Positions 1 to 14,100 of a stretch of 64,000 bases of DNA are shown here, in pieces; position 1 is the first letter of the stretch, and each line of letters begins with the position of its first letter. A model generated the notes under the pieces. It searched no databases. It was not told the DNA's origin and saw only the letters and a program-made list of their open reading frames with translations. Origin of the DNA: Lingula anatina (Eukaryota; Animalia; Brachiopoda). The translations under genes and the position numbers were made by a program. The stretch covers positions 4,588,001 to 4,652,000 of the forward strand of contig CM120642.1 in assembly GCA_051362555.1 (NCBI GenBank). Direction: 5' to 3'.

Positions 1-79
1 TAGATAACAGTGTGGCTAATTGCTTGTAATAATTATATGGCCTCATATTTTTATTTTCAAGGATTCAAATATAAAGGGT

Positions 80-510
80 TTTAAGACGGTCCTTCTGTTT
101 CAAATTAATTGGCTGAAAGTAACATGAGCCATTTAGGTTAATGTCGCTTTCAACTGACCCATGTCCAATAGTACATGTCGCGCGCGTCTGTGTGGAGATA
201 GATTTTGTTGGAGGTTTGTAAAAGTTGAAAGCGACATGACTCTAAGGTCACGTCAACTTCGTTTATAAGGGTCTACTTATTCAGCTGCGAAAATCACACG
301 TAATGCCAATTACATGTTTTATAACAGTGTCTTTTGAGAGACAAATGCGACATGGGTCGTGTCAATCTTGCATCTCTGGAGTTCAGTAAGTGGCGAAAGA
401 GACACAGCCATGCCATTTTCAGCTCTCAAAGCTCTGTAGTAAAAGACGAACTCGGCATAGGCCTTGTCGTTTTCGCATGTAAAGGGGCGTCTAAAAGACG
501 CACGCGTAGG
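80..510. promoter_or_regulatory. CpG-rich promoter-like region with a possible non-coding first exon
   Basis: About 20 CpGs in about 430 bp against a strongly CpG-depleted background; CRE-like TCACGTCA near 249; donor consensus GTAAGT at 386-391. Confidence 0.4.
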
Positions 511-2711
511 CTCCTATGGGCCATGGTAGAAGGCAACTGCACAGTAGCTCAAAGGAATTGGGAACTAGTTGCTTGTGCACTGACAGCTCCCACCCTGAGG
601 AATTTATGAGGCATTTTATCTTTATCAGGAACCTTGAGTGGAAAGGGAAATTTAAGTTTTTGCTCTTTTTTTCCTTTCATTTTTATTTCACTTTTGCTGT
701 AATCTGCTGCTTCTCCAAATAAACAAATGTTTGTTTTTTTCAAAAGGAAGGAAAATGTTTTGTTGAAGACCATGAATCAAGATGCCTGTCATAAGAGATT
801 TTTTCATTTTTTAAATGGGGTAAAATTTTGACAGGCATCTTTTTTTTACTTTGTGTTTCATTAGAGGATTTTTGCTTTTTTTAAAAACTGTGTCAAGAAA
901 GAATGTGCTCAGTAAAAATACCATAGCCACTGTAACACACAATCATTTTTTTTGCTTGCAAGTACAAAATTTATTTTTTGGTTATGTCTGAACCTTGTCC
1001 AGGCTTCGGCCATCTGGTGATCTTACCAGGTTTATTTTGAAGATTTCTATTCTGTTCTGTTTAACCTAAACTAATTCTTCCACGTCTAATAAACAGTGTG
1101 TCCAGGTGCATTGCAGATGGGCCTTGGGGGCCAAAATGGCCTGAATTACAGATTTTTAGATGGTGAAACTATATTGGACTTGGGATTTTCATTGTGATAT
1201 TGCCATTTTGCTCTTTCTATATCCTGAAGTAACCCCATAACCAAGTGTATTTTTAAGATTTTTAAGCAGAACAAAGTTGCTTTGTGGAAATGAAAGGGAT
1301 GTTGTACAGCGTTAAAATCAAGACATTTAGGGCAGTAGTAGAGGTTGAAAAATTACGAGGTAAACTACCACCTGCTGCTGGGGGGGGGGGGGGTCTGGAC
1401 TATTTCCTCCCAATAAATAAGTCCTTAGTTTAAATAAATTTAAGGTGAGGCACCCCCACCCTTTTGCCTCTACCAATTTTTTTGAGTCTTGAGATTTAAT
1501 AAAATATCAGTATAAAGAGGAATGTATTATTTATGTAATCCGATTTTTAGCTTATGACCGAAATTTATTTATAAATGTTGACAGACCCTTTTAAGTTTAT
1601 TCACAATAATGCGAAGGACTTGGATATGAAATAGGACATTACTTTCTCATCTTTTTGAGTCATTGATTCTTTTGAATTCCCCAATATCCAGTAGTCAGTA
1701 GAGGAGAAAGAGGTCCTTAAGATCATACCTGGACAATTCAGAGTAATAGTGCACCTATTAACTTAGCCTGTACATCTGTTGAAAGGCATATGTTAGTCAC
1801 TCTCACTTGTGCATAATATTTCTTTACCAGCACTATGGGTTGACCTCAACCAACCATAAAAAGATTTTTTTACAAAACATTTTTCTTTTTAATTCTTTGA
1901 TTTGAAGAAAAGTATAGTGCAGTTTGTCAACAATTTAGCTATGTAAGTTATGTATTCGTAGAATGCTTTTTGTTTCGTAGAAAAATCCAAAATATCTTTT
2001 CCTAGCCTGTAAACAAGCAAAACATTTATGAAGGAAGGCTTTATGAAGTTTTTTACAGTGACCCTATCAGTTTGGAACAATTTGCCAATGTTTTTTTTTT
2101 TTTAAATCATAATCCAAATAAAACTTCTTTTTACTGCAGTACTTAACGAGGAAGGAGTTTTTTTTATTAGGTCATGCTTATTACATCTATGGTTAAGATA
2201 TGTAAATGTTATGAAAGTGAAATGGTGAATTACAAAGTGTTAAATTTTTACAAAATATATCAAATTTAAAGAACAAAATACTTAAATCAGGAAGGTTCTG
2301 GCTATCAGTGAGATTTTTGTCCAAAGCTCAACACTAGTGTTAAACCCCAGCTAGGCAAACAAATAATAATTCACATTCTGCAGCAAGTGTCGGAAACTGC
2401 TCACTTCCTCACACTAAAACCAGGGCGAAATTGTCGCAATGCAGAAGTACTTAACTTGGGAGTAAGAATTTAAGCTATGCCTATTAAAAAGACTAATTAG
2501 GCAGATTAATTAACAGGCATGTGGGGAATTAAGCAGCAGTTTTTTAATGTCCTAATACATTTGACATTTCAGGACAGTTGTTGTCCCTTGCTGAGATCAG
2601 GTTAGGGTTCTTTACCCCATTTGCTGTGCTGAGGACAACTTGACTTCTATTTAGTGTTGGATTTGTGGTTAGAAAACTTTTTATGTTTTGAGCTAGACAC
2701 CGCCTCCTTGC

Positions 2712-2743
<32 letters not shown>

Positions 2744-3673
2744 AGGGTCATGGTAGTGCATTTTGTTGATGGTGTCCTGTCTGCAAAATGAAATGATGTC
2801 AATTTTTCATCACTATTAGTCTATTATCCATCATTTTCTAAATCAAAGGCAAATTGACCACCCATTTAACACTTCAACCTTTTCAGCATGTGCTTTACAA
2901 TAATAATAATTATAATTATAATCTGCTATCCCTCTCCAAATTAAAAAAAGGGGAAATCGTGTTTATTCATCATGTGTTGAAAGACAGGTATTACACTGTG
3001 GACCATAATCTCATGTTTTATAAATGGAACAATAGAAACTCTTAAGGTGCTCTCAATTATTTAACTTCAGTTTTAAGTCGGTAAGGAATTACTTATACAA
3101 ATAACGACTATACAGTTGTAGGCCTTCAACAGTTGCCCCCCCCCCCCCCCTTCCCAAAAAATGTTTTTTTTTCAACCTACTGCCCTTATAGCAAACCTTT
3201 TCTATAGATCTTAAGATTTGTAATCAAGCCACCTCCCCCCCCCCCCCCCCCCCCCCGCAACCTCCACTTGATTTACTCACATGAAACTCTATGAATATAA
3301 GGCTGTGTAATCTGTCCTCTTCAGTTGAGTGATCTCCATGACATCCCCTGATATGAGGTGAATGTGTGTTCAAGTAGGAAACCTTTTAAGCCCCCCCTGA
3401 CCTTTCTTTATAATGGGTCTGGGAATGTCAGAATACTCTGGGAAGGAGAAAAAAGTGTCCAGACTTTTCAGAACACTTTGATAGTTAATTATAGTTCTAA
3501 AAAGCCTCAACACGTAGCCTTAATGGTGTGTATTATCACAAAGGTTGAAAATAGAAACTGCCAAATTGTTCAAACCTCTTGAACCTATTTTTGAGCTTCA
3601 CAATTGGAGAGAGTGTGTGGTATCAGGCAAAAGTTTTGGCTGGACTGATGCTCTTTTACTTTTCTAACTGATG

Positions 3674-3705
<32 letters not shown>

Positions 3706-6700
3706 GTTGAATAACTATTTCTTTCACTGTTCAAATCTTAGGTGCTGGTTCCATTTAAATGAATAGATAAAAACAAATTAAGTCTAACATCAAGTACATG
3801 AAAATGATAAGGCCTATCAAATGTGTGAAATTTCAGCCCTTCCCTGACCCCTATTCCCTCAGGAATCTTTATCTCTGATAAATATATGATAAGCACACAT
3901 CTGAGGCATATTTCATAGTAAGTCAAGAAAGTTGAAGAGCAAAATTTTTGTTTACATATGAATAATAATTGCACTACTAGTATTTCATGTTCCATATTCA
4001 GACCAGACAGTCAACTCTGTCTGACTGGGAGTCATTAAATCTCAAACAGTTTGACCAGTAAGTTTGCTTATTGACTGAGCTTGTTGTAATGCAATTGGTG
4101 TATCTTTCATTGTGCAAACGCGCCAGATCATTCTCCCAGAAGAAGTGCAATCAAGAGTGCTCTGTGTGAATGGGTGGAAATACCACCCTGGACATACACA
4201 GATACCAGTGAATGAACCTGTCCTGAGAAGACTATACAGACATAGGAGGAGCTTGGCAAACAAGAAATTGGAGAAAAACACTTGAAATTTGAGATCTTTT
4301 CTGTGCCATCTTGGCCAGATGTGGCCATTACTGTCTTTAACAGAGATCTGGTTCTTTGTAAGAAGGTGGTTGGGGGGGGGGGGGGGGGTTGCTGTAATTA
4401 AGAAATCATTTGGAAAATATTTAAAACTTGAAGTCTGATCTGTGCCAGATTGGCCAGATGTGACCAGTTTCAACTCCAATAATTTGGTCTTTTGAAAGAG
4501 GAAGTAAGAAAAGGGGACTATTGACAAAGTTTTTAATTTCAGAAAAATGCTTTGATTCAAGAATTTGTACCATCTTGTGATTTTGACATGTTATTGTAAA
4601 CCAATTGATGAATGCCAGAATTGGATTAAAGATATTTATGGATTTTATTTAAACTCCAAAATTTAGAAAACGTATTGAAACTTGAAAAAACTATCTGAAG
4701 TCACATTCAAAATTGATCAATATTTCAATGTATTGACTGCTATAAATAGTTAAAATACAAATGATATTTCAGTCAAGTCAGTTTTGATTAATCACTTGGT
4801 ATAAAGTTCTAAAAACTTATTTCCTGAGCACCTTTGAACATTAAGTTCATGGGGTGCATTTTTAATCTGTGGCCCTGGTTTGTGTAACCTGACAACTGTA
4901 GTAAAGTATGAATGAGAAAAACCTTCAAGTGCTGAATAGAAATAACTTCCCTTTTTTATCAAATTCTTTTGCACGTGAAAAGCATGGAGAGCTTTGCACT
5001 TCCTGTGCTACATCTGGGGAATGTGACACTGATTTGGGGTACTTTACAAATATGATAATCTCTTTAAGGTGGTGTCTGGGGGGGTGGGGGGGTGGGGGGG
5101 GTGGGGGTAACCACATACAGTAATTCCTTAGGTGTGAGAAGGGATCACTTTTTGTAATATCTTACTTTTTTAAGATTTGTCATTTTCTGTCATGACAATG
5201 CACTTTCTGACAGTAAATCAACTATGACTCAAACTTTGTGAATTAACATTTTAGATATAATATTACAAAGAAATTATATTGTAAAGAAATTATTCTTTCT
5301 GGTTGTTTTGAATTTATTGAGTAATTTTTATATTCCCTGAGTGTAAAGAACTTTTAATTGAAATATTTGTTTTATTTTGGTTTTCATTTTAGCAATAAAC
5401 ATGAAATGAAAATAAAATCCAATTGTTCTTGTTATAACATAATATTTTTTAAAGAAACAAATTGGTTTATGTGTGCACAATCTATGATTTGGATCAAAGA
5501 AAATTGTTAAAAGGAAAGATTATTATTTTCTTCTACGAAATCTTGGCTGTTCTGGTGACGACATTGTGTCAAGCTTTCAGATTTTGATTTAAAATGCGAA
5601 TAGTTTGTGATCCATATAATGATTACTTTATCACAATTATATTTGTCTATTTGGTAAAGTGATATGCTAACTATGAAATTTATAACTATGTTTGCACAAA
5701 TAAGCGAAAAGATTAAAAATGCTTTAAAAGATTGCCATCAGTTCCAGCACATGTACATGAGCATGTGTTTCTACCTTAGCAATATAAGATAATTTGATCA
5801 ATTGAGAACTACTGATCCAAGAGAAAATTTGGATGGGGCAGCTGACCAAAATGACTGTATGTATTTTTAAAGAACTGCTGAACCAGTGTGGCCCTTCATT
5901 ACTTAAAGTGGACAGTTGTTGTCAAAGGCAGTGCATATCACAATCTACAAAATACCAATCAGATGGCATTGAAATTACCATTCCATGAAGGGAAGGATAG
6001 AAGGCAGCTGAGTTTATATTTGGTATGTGATTGTGGATGTAGGGAAATCCAAGAAGCTAAGGGTTTAACCCCTCTCCTCCCCCCCCCCTTAAAAAAAAAA
6101 AACACTCCACCGCATGTCATCTATTTTGGGACCATGAGAAAAGTTTTTGGTCCTGTATCCTCTCCAGGTGTCAGACGTCACAGGGATGTCATTTTGTTTG
6201 AAAATTTTGTCAGTTATGTATAACTCATTGAGAAAAAGACAAAAGAAAATGACAAAACTATTACCTTTATAACTGTAGCTTTTTATTACTGAAGCAAAGT
6301 GCAGCAATGAGTAAAAATAGTACCGGTTTATATCAGTCCTTTTATCAAAGATCTTCCTCAGTTATTTTCAAGTGCCTATTAATAATCTCCATTTGCTATT
6401 GTCTAGTATTTCAGTACTCAGATAATCTTACAGTGGCTTACGTCAACAGCGACAAAGTTCATTCTGGGTGTTGCTTTTGAATGAAAACATTATCAGGGGT
6501 TTCGGCTTGATGGTGTTAAGATAAAAACTTTTAAACATGACCTTAGTAAACTCTGTTGCAAAGCTTGAAATGTTCTTGCTACTGTGCACTCGAGAGGCCA
6601 GTACGTCTGTCTGCCAGCCTGCAAACCTCTTCCTGTAATGCAGATCAGTTGCAAAGTTTTTCTTTATTTTATAGCAGAAATTATAGATTAGTGAAATAAA

Positions 6701-7892
6701 AATATAATCATAGATAAAATTATGTCTGAAAAGCATTTGCACCACCCATTGAGAACATAGTAGTTTTAACTACAATGTACTACTACTAAAAAGTAAATAA
6801 AAATAACAGTGATATATGTATCCTTTTCCTCACATGTCTTTGGCAGCCTCAGTAGGAAATGTATGACATATTTTATTTCTTTATCGGAAATGTTTTCATG
6901 CTCAGAGATGGGTACCTGAGCAATCCAAGTGGTGCGAATGTTCACAAAACTCTTTGTCCCGTTCTGAGGCAGACTCCGTGGATAGCATCAGGTTTTTTTT
7001 CCTTCACGCTCCTAGCCAGAAAACACCTTCAAAGCCCATTTTGTGGCACACTGTAGGCATTTTCAAAGGCTTCTCTTATGCTGCAAAGCACATTAAAGAA
7101 ATAAATGAAACACAGTTTGTGTCTAATGGCTTCCTGCATAGCCAGCTACCACCCCTTGAAGTCAAATGGATCGACTTAGGAAGCAAGTACAAAAATGTAC
7201 AAAACTTAAACAAAGAACTGTTTTTGTTTGTTTGTTTGTATTTAAAAAATGATTCGTATCTTTTTGTTAAAGTGTCTGCTAATAAATCAAGTCTGTTTTG
7301 CATTTAATAAATTATTTTGCAAATTTCATCAGGCGGTGTGACATCTTAAAAGAATGTTACAAGCAGTATGAATGGATATGGACATTCTGAAACTCACCCT
7401 TCACCCCTCTTTTTTGTGGAAATGGGCAAGTCCCAGATTAACAGAAAGAGTGTGAGTGGCCATTTGTTGAGCCCTGTAACCTAATCCCTGTCCCAGAGTG
7501 CAGTAAAATATTGTGCTCAGTCTCTCCTGACACTCTGGCTCACTGGAGCTAGCCTTACACCAGCTCTGACAGTCTGGTTACATGTACGCTGGTAGAGCTG
7601 AGTTTGCAGATATTTAAATCTCTTTTCCAAAACGTTTTTTGGCAAACTTTGTATGAAACTCCTTGCCAGGAAATCTTGTAAAGTAGTTTTACACCACAAT
7701 GAAGGAGCTGAAACTACTTTAACTTCAAGTTAGGATTTAAAGATTACTGCAGATTTCAGAGTGAGTGTTTGTTGAGGAAAATTTTTCTTACATTTGGTTC
7801 AAATTTTCTGCATTTGATGCAAGAGGTGAACACATAAGGAGGAGAAAGTTTGTGATTTTAAGGCCAGACTGCTGAAGCAGATTCAAGAAACT

Positions 7893-8184
7893 ATGGAGCC
7901 TTGGGCAGAGATGAGGTTCCTAAGAATAAATAATGCTAAACTTTTCATCACAATTTTGCTCAGTTTTAGCCTGACTGTAAATGTGCAGGGACAACCGCTA
8001 GCTCTTAGGGAAGAGGACATACCCCAGGGTGCAGCCTCATTGGCCTTCGTCTTTGACATTACGGGTTCCATGTACGATGATTTAGTTCAAGTGATAGAGG
8101 GAGCAGCAAAGATTCTGGCTACAACGAAAGCAAGAAGAGAGAAGCCTCTGTACAACTATGTTCTGGTTCCATTTCATGATCCTG
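7893..8184 (+). CDS. HMCN1: Exon 1: signal peptide and VWA start
   Basis: [43 protein letters not shown]; donor G|GTAAGT. Confidence 0.93.
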
Positions 8185-11100
8185 GTAAGTTTTGATTTAA
8201 ATTATTTTATTTAATTTCTAAGGTTTTTCTTTTTTTAATTTTTTTCAATGATCTTTTAAGTTGTTGATATCAATCCCTGTTGAAAGTGTTCAAGTCTATT
8301 ATTTAGCACTCATTATATGAAAATAATGTTGGGCAATTCTATTTTTAATCATGAATGAAGGATGCAACCTCTTTTGTGAGCATTCATTATTGTGTGTGTT
8401 TATAAAACTTCATCAGAAAGTATTAGCCTATATGTTAGCTTATGCTTCTATGGGGTACTTTACTCAGAAATATATCAAACTTCACTCCTTTGTAGTACAC
8501 AACCCATCACTTTGCAAGTTGTACAACTTTTGAACTTGTTTTTTTACAGAGGCTCATGTCTGTCACTGCTTTTGTAAAGTTCAGTTCATCTGACATGTGT
8601 TTTTGCACTTGGCAATTTAAAAGGTATCAGAGGACCTTTGAAATCCCAACTCTAGAACTGTCTTCACTGCACAACCGGTTATGATGGAGCCCGTTATGAT
8701 GGACCCGGGCAGCCAGTCAGTTGTGAGTTCTGCCAGTGACGAACTGTAACTGATGGCAGATGTAAAACAGACTGCAAGCATTTCAAATGGATGCTTGGTT
8801 AAACAGTTACATTCTTTACACTTCATGCTTTACCAGGAGAGATAAAAACTTAAGCTCGTGAGATATGTTGCAAACAGGATCAGGTAGAACATTGGGGAAG
8901 CTTCTGTTTATAAATAATACAAGACCAGCTCCTGTAAGTTTTTATTCATGTAAGTTTATTAGCCCTTAGCAGTGGCAAGATTACCCAGCTGTTTCAGTGA
9001 ATTTCTCCACAGAAGTGTTTTCCACATTTCCCAGTTCAATTTCTTTTCCTTCTCATTGCTTCTGGATTCAAACACACTTCCTATGAATAGAATGTTTTTA
9101 GGTTGCAATTGTTAATCATTTTTGAGACATGATGGTTTCATACAATTTATTTATTTGTTTTGTCATAATATTTCTAAAAAGTCAGTAGAAAAGTTCTTCC
9201 CATCAAGATTCCTATCTCTGCTCCTTAAAAGAAGCACACTTGCCAGTAGGGAGATCCCCATGCTGCTGCAAAGTGACAAAGTGAGTCAAAAGTGCAAATT
9301 GAATTAATTTGATTGCTGCATTGGGTCCTTGAAAAGTCGAACTCCTCAAAGATTTCTCATCAAAATGCCTAATAACCCTCCCTGGAAACAACACACTTCC
9401 TGTGGCGAGGCCAGCACAGCCAATGGCTGTTGGGTTCAACCACTTGTTCCTGCTGTGCCGTGTATCCCTGGAGAATTGTTTTGACTAACTAGTCCAACAC
9501 AGCTGGCTTTCTTTGCTCCTGTCAGTTTCCATCAAATTTGTAACTAACCTCTCAGACTGTTACAAGAAGCTTTTCCACATTCATTCCCAGAAAAAGGAAA
9601 AAAAGAGAATTCAATTGCAATCCCATACTTTTAAATCTCTCTCTCTCTCTCTCTCAGATTGTCAGAATCACTTTAAATAATTCAAACACAGTTTTCACGA
9701 TAGACAAGGGATCCTCTGAACCTTATGGAACAGATCATAGATAATAAGTGAAGATGTACTGTCTCTCTTGCAAATTAAGCTGTCATCTTCCAAACTGAGC
9801 TGTCTTTCAAGCTGGTTATCAGCCAAGGGGGGATTACAAGTGTTATGGCGTGTAAATGCATCATGTGTAATGCTTCAGCTAATTAACAGTAAATAGAATC
9901 TGTATGATCCGCTGAATAACTGTGTTAGTTTATTGATTTTAATGATGCAAGTGTCTATCATTTAGGCCAAGGGGAATTATGTAGTGGACTATCTTGGTGG
10001 GGAAGGGGAGCCTACATACTTTAGATAAAAATCTTAAAATTGGACGGAAAATGTTTGGCATTTCTGTCTTTTTATGGTTTACGGAATTTTCAGTCATGAT
10101 TTAGTAAAACTGTTTGCACTGATTGTTTGGAATTCATAAATGTTTTTTATTTGATGTTTCAATTGCAAAGAATATTGGATATGTTATAATAATTCTATAT
10201 TTGATTGACTAGTACATATGCAAGATATATCACTTGTTTTAGAACAATTAAATTTGGTCGGTAATTGAAGCAGACTGATTTTTTTGTAACAATGCCTAGT
10301 TGAAATTGATGATGATGTCAACAAAGCGAGGATTGTAGGTAGGAGTTATGTGAAAAAAAAAACTTGGGAAATTTTAACTTAAAACAAATGTCATGGCTGC
10401 TTTGATTTTCTGAGGTTGATACAACATATTAAACATTCAACATTCTTATAATTTTGTTGTACTTCCCTCAAGGATAAAAAATACCATATACTTATTATCT
10501 TTTATAACTCGGGTCTTCCACACTTTCAGTCAGTTTTTGATGACTTCACTTAATATGTATTAGCTAGTATGGTTACAATTTCTTATCATAGGAAGCCACT
10601 CCAATCCCTGTGCTGTCCCACTTAACACCCATTTTAAAAATTCTTGCATGGCTAGATTGGCTTCATGTGGCTAAAAGTTATGATCATTGTAGAGGTAATA
10701 CTACAGCCTGTGATAGAATATCACAGCTTCAGTTTCTTAAGTCTCTCTGGACATAAGTCTTGTTTATAATTGGATTACATTAGACCAAAAATCTCAGGCA
10801 CAATGAAGGTTTTTTTGTTATTTGGTCATCTGAGTCTAAGTTTTAGTTTGTTTTGTTGTGAACTTTTTTTTTTTTTGGGGGGGGGGGGGCAGGAGGGGAG
10901 GGAATAGAATTCACCCACAGCATTTGCTGCACATAAAAGTGAGACAAAATCCCAAAAAATTATTGATGTGCACAGTGATTTTCTGACAACAATTTTATCA
11001 TTGTAGTTGTTTGAAGTTATTATAAAGTTTAAACTATCTGATGTCTACACAATATTTTTCCTGATGATGAGAATGAGACCAAAAACTCTGAGCTAGGCAT

Positions 11101-14100
11101 CAGAAAAACTGTATAGAAGTCAAATGACTTAAACTTTAGGATAAGTTTACAGCCATTATTCAAGTCAAACCATCTTACTGTTGTATTTTGCAATGGGGAT
11201 CATGCTATTAAGTTAGCTTCTTAAGACTCCCAGTAAACACTAAGTGTGTAAAAAAATTACTTCTGACGTTTCGGTGGCACATGTTGAAAGCAAGAGTTAA
11301 AGCAGGAAACTTTCAGACCACTTCCTGTGAGAACTTTTTTCATGTAAAATTAAATTGACAGAAATGTTTTACTAAGATCCCAAGTGGATGCTTCTTTTTT
11401 TTTTTTATTTCAAGGCAGCTTTATGATATGATGTTACTTTATATGGCAAATACATGGTCTGAGGCCTTTTATATGCAGAAGAATACAATTAAGAAAATTT
11501 ACACAGTTTTGTTTTAAGAGATGTTGCCTAAACAATATATAATCACAGATATCGGTATCATATGTGACAAAAACCGGCTAGCATGCTCAATCTGGAATAT
11601 TCATGATTTTAGCAAGTGCTGCTCCTTTCATGTGGTTTCTATGCCTCCTCAGAATCCAGACACAATCATGCCCAGTAGTGCAGACCACACATAAGTAATG
11701 AAGCTTCTTGTCCACACAGATTACCATGATGGAAAAAAGATTGGAAGGTTTCAACCCCTGTAAAATAGAGGGGTTACATTCTCTGTGATGATTTGACATG
11801 TAAGTCCTGGAGAGTTCATATTTGAAGTTTTCAATCCACATAAAAGAGAGGGGGTTACATTCTCGGTGATAATTTGACATGTTAGCCTTGGAGAGTGGTT
11901 GGGTTTTCTGGGTAATGTTACCATAGTAGAATGGCACGGTTGTTGGGGGGGGGGGGGGGGCAAATAAACTGGTACAAGCAATTTTTATCAGAATTTAAAT
12001 TTGTTTCATTGTTGAGGTGTTTGTATGAAACCATTAATGGCTCCTCCAATAATAACCTCACTCATCTTATTCACAGCTTCTTGCAACCATTCATTTGGGA
12101 AAAATTATGTATCATTCTTGTTTGGTTTGCTGTTCTGATATTTCAACCAACATCTGGATGATTGTTTTGACCTTGGTTTTTTACTATTTCTTGCTGCTTC
12201 TGTGTTTCTGAAATCAGCTGTCAGAGAAATTCATCTCTTACATTCATAAAGCCAAATGCTAATGAATAAAAAAGATTTCAGTCACAGTATTTGTTACACC
12301 AAGTTCTAATGAGGTAAGAAAAAATATAGCAGTGATGTATGTGAAGCCAAACCTCTACTGTGAATAAAAAATTCAGCTGGTTTTGATAAAGTAAAGACTT
12401 ATCATGGCTGTGTCCATCATCATGGCAGTAATGAATTGACCACTAAGTCACCTGTGGTGCTGGTGATATGTAGCTTCCTCCATATGGTAATATACTAAGG
12501 GACTTATGTAGTGGTCAGTGCAGCCACTGTTAACCTAAACTTGTGTCCAGACAGGGGCCTGTCTGCAGTTATAATGGACCTAGCTAAGACTGGGTTCCCA
12601 TGCCTAGATCGATCCAACAGGATTGGTCTAACTCCATGGAGATTCACGCTAAATTGCTGTCAAATTAACCAGCTATAATGTCTGTCACGCTTACCCAATC
12701 AGCTAGGGGGTAATTAACTTTCGTGCATGCTTGACCTTCAGTAGATAATTACCCCCTTACAGCTTTAGTAGGCGTGACAGACATTTAAGCTGCTTAAGTT
12801 GATAGCAGTTTAGTGAGAATCACCATGGAGATAGATCTATCCAAAGTTAGTACTAGAACGAAAGTCTCTGGGAATGGTCTCTAAGACCCCATTTCCAGAG
12901 ATTAGATCGACCTAACTCCCTGGGGGTTCATGCTAAATAGCTGTCAGCCAGGTGGACACGAAAGTTAATTACCCCCTTACAGCTTGTAGTAGGCGGGACG
13001 GACATTTAAGCCGGATTATCTGACAGTAATCTAGTGAGACTCCCCGCAGAGATAGATCGATCTAAAAGCTCTGGGAATACAGCCTATGACTGCAAAAAGA
13101 CCTTATTTTATGGGCATGGCTTAGACTGCTAAAACAGTTTTTGGGCCTAGTTAAGATTGCTAAAAGACTTAAGTTTATGGGCTTACTGGTAGCTTAGACC
13201 TTAGCTTAGACCTAAAATTATAGACCTAGCAGGCCCGTAGCCATCAATTTCAAAAGGGGGGTTCTTTTTCTGAAAAAGTGGACCTTTTTCAATAAAAACT
13301 TCATGAACCTAGATCAAATTTTACCCAGAGTGGACTTTTTCCCACCAAAAGGGGTGGTTCTTTCGAACCCTCCGAACCCCCGGCTACGGGCCTGCCTAGC
13401 TAAGAATGCTAAAAGACCTTGGTTGGGGCCCCAGGCCTTCCCAACTATCAGACACAGCACCGAAGGATCCAAAATTCAGCGGTAGATTGGATCACACTGC
13501 CAGTTTTCAAAGTGGCCAGAGGTATTCTGGGATGGGTTTTACAACCACTGGTTTAATTAATGTCAGAGTAGGATGAAGTTTTGGTCAAACAGATTTCATA
13601 AGATGTAAATAAGTACTGTCTTACTTTGATTGAAGTGTAACCCAGATGAAGCAGTGTTCATGCACTATACTGTGCTGCCTCAGAGATGTCCAAGCCAAGC
13701 CACGTGAGGCCAACAGTAAGAAGATAGAGAGTGCAGAGTAAACATAACAAGCACAACTAGACTGTAAATTTGCCAGAAGGCCCTTAATTTTTACATTGAG
13801 TGGTAAACTGTAGTGATACAGTCTGTTGCAGTAAACTTTGAGAGGTGATTGGTCCTTACATGTAGTTACCATGCATCAGTTTGCTTTCTACTCTTTTGGT
13901 GGGTGTTAATTGGCCGTGTTAAGTGCAGGGAGAGGGGGGACTATGTTGCTCTGTTTAGGTGAGTATCTTACCTGATAACCAGGCTATTAAATTGTCTGTC
14001 TTTTGGGGTGTACTGTTCCAGACTGCTTTGCTAAAGTATAATGCTTGATGTGAAAGACCCTGGGACTACTGTGCATATATTGCAAAACAAAGATGGCAGC

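Noticed and set aside
4042-4560. Longest minus-strand ORF (172 aa)
   Set aside because: Non-ATG start, poly-Pro from a G run, no recognisable domain or exon structure
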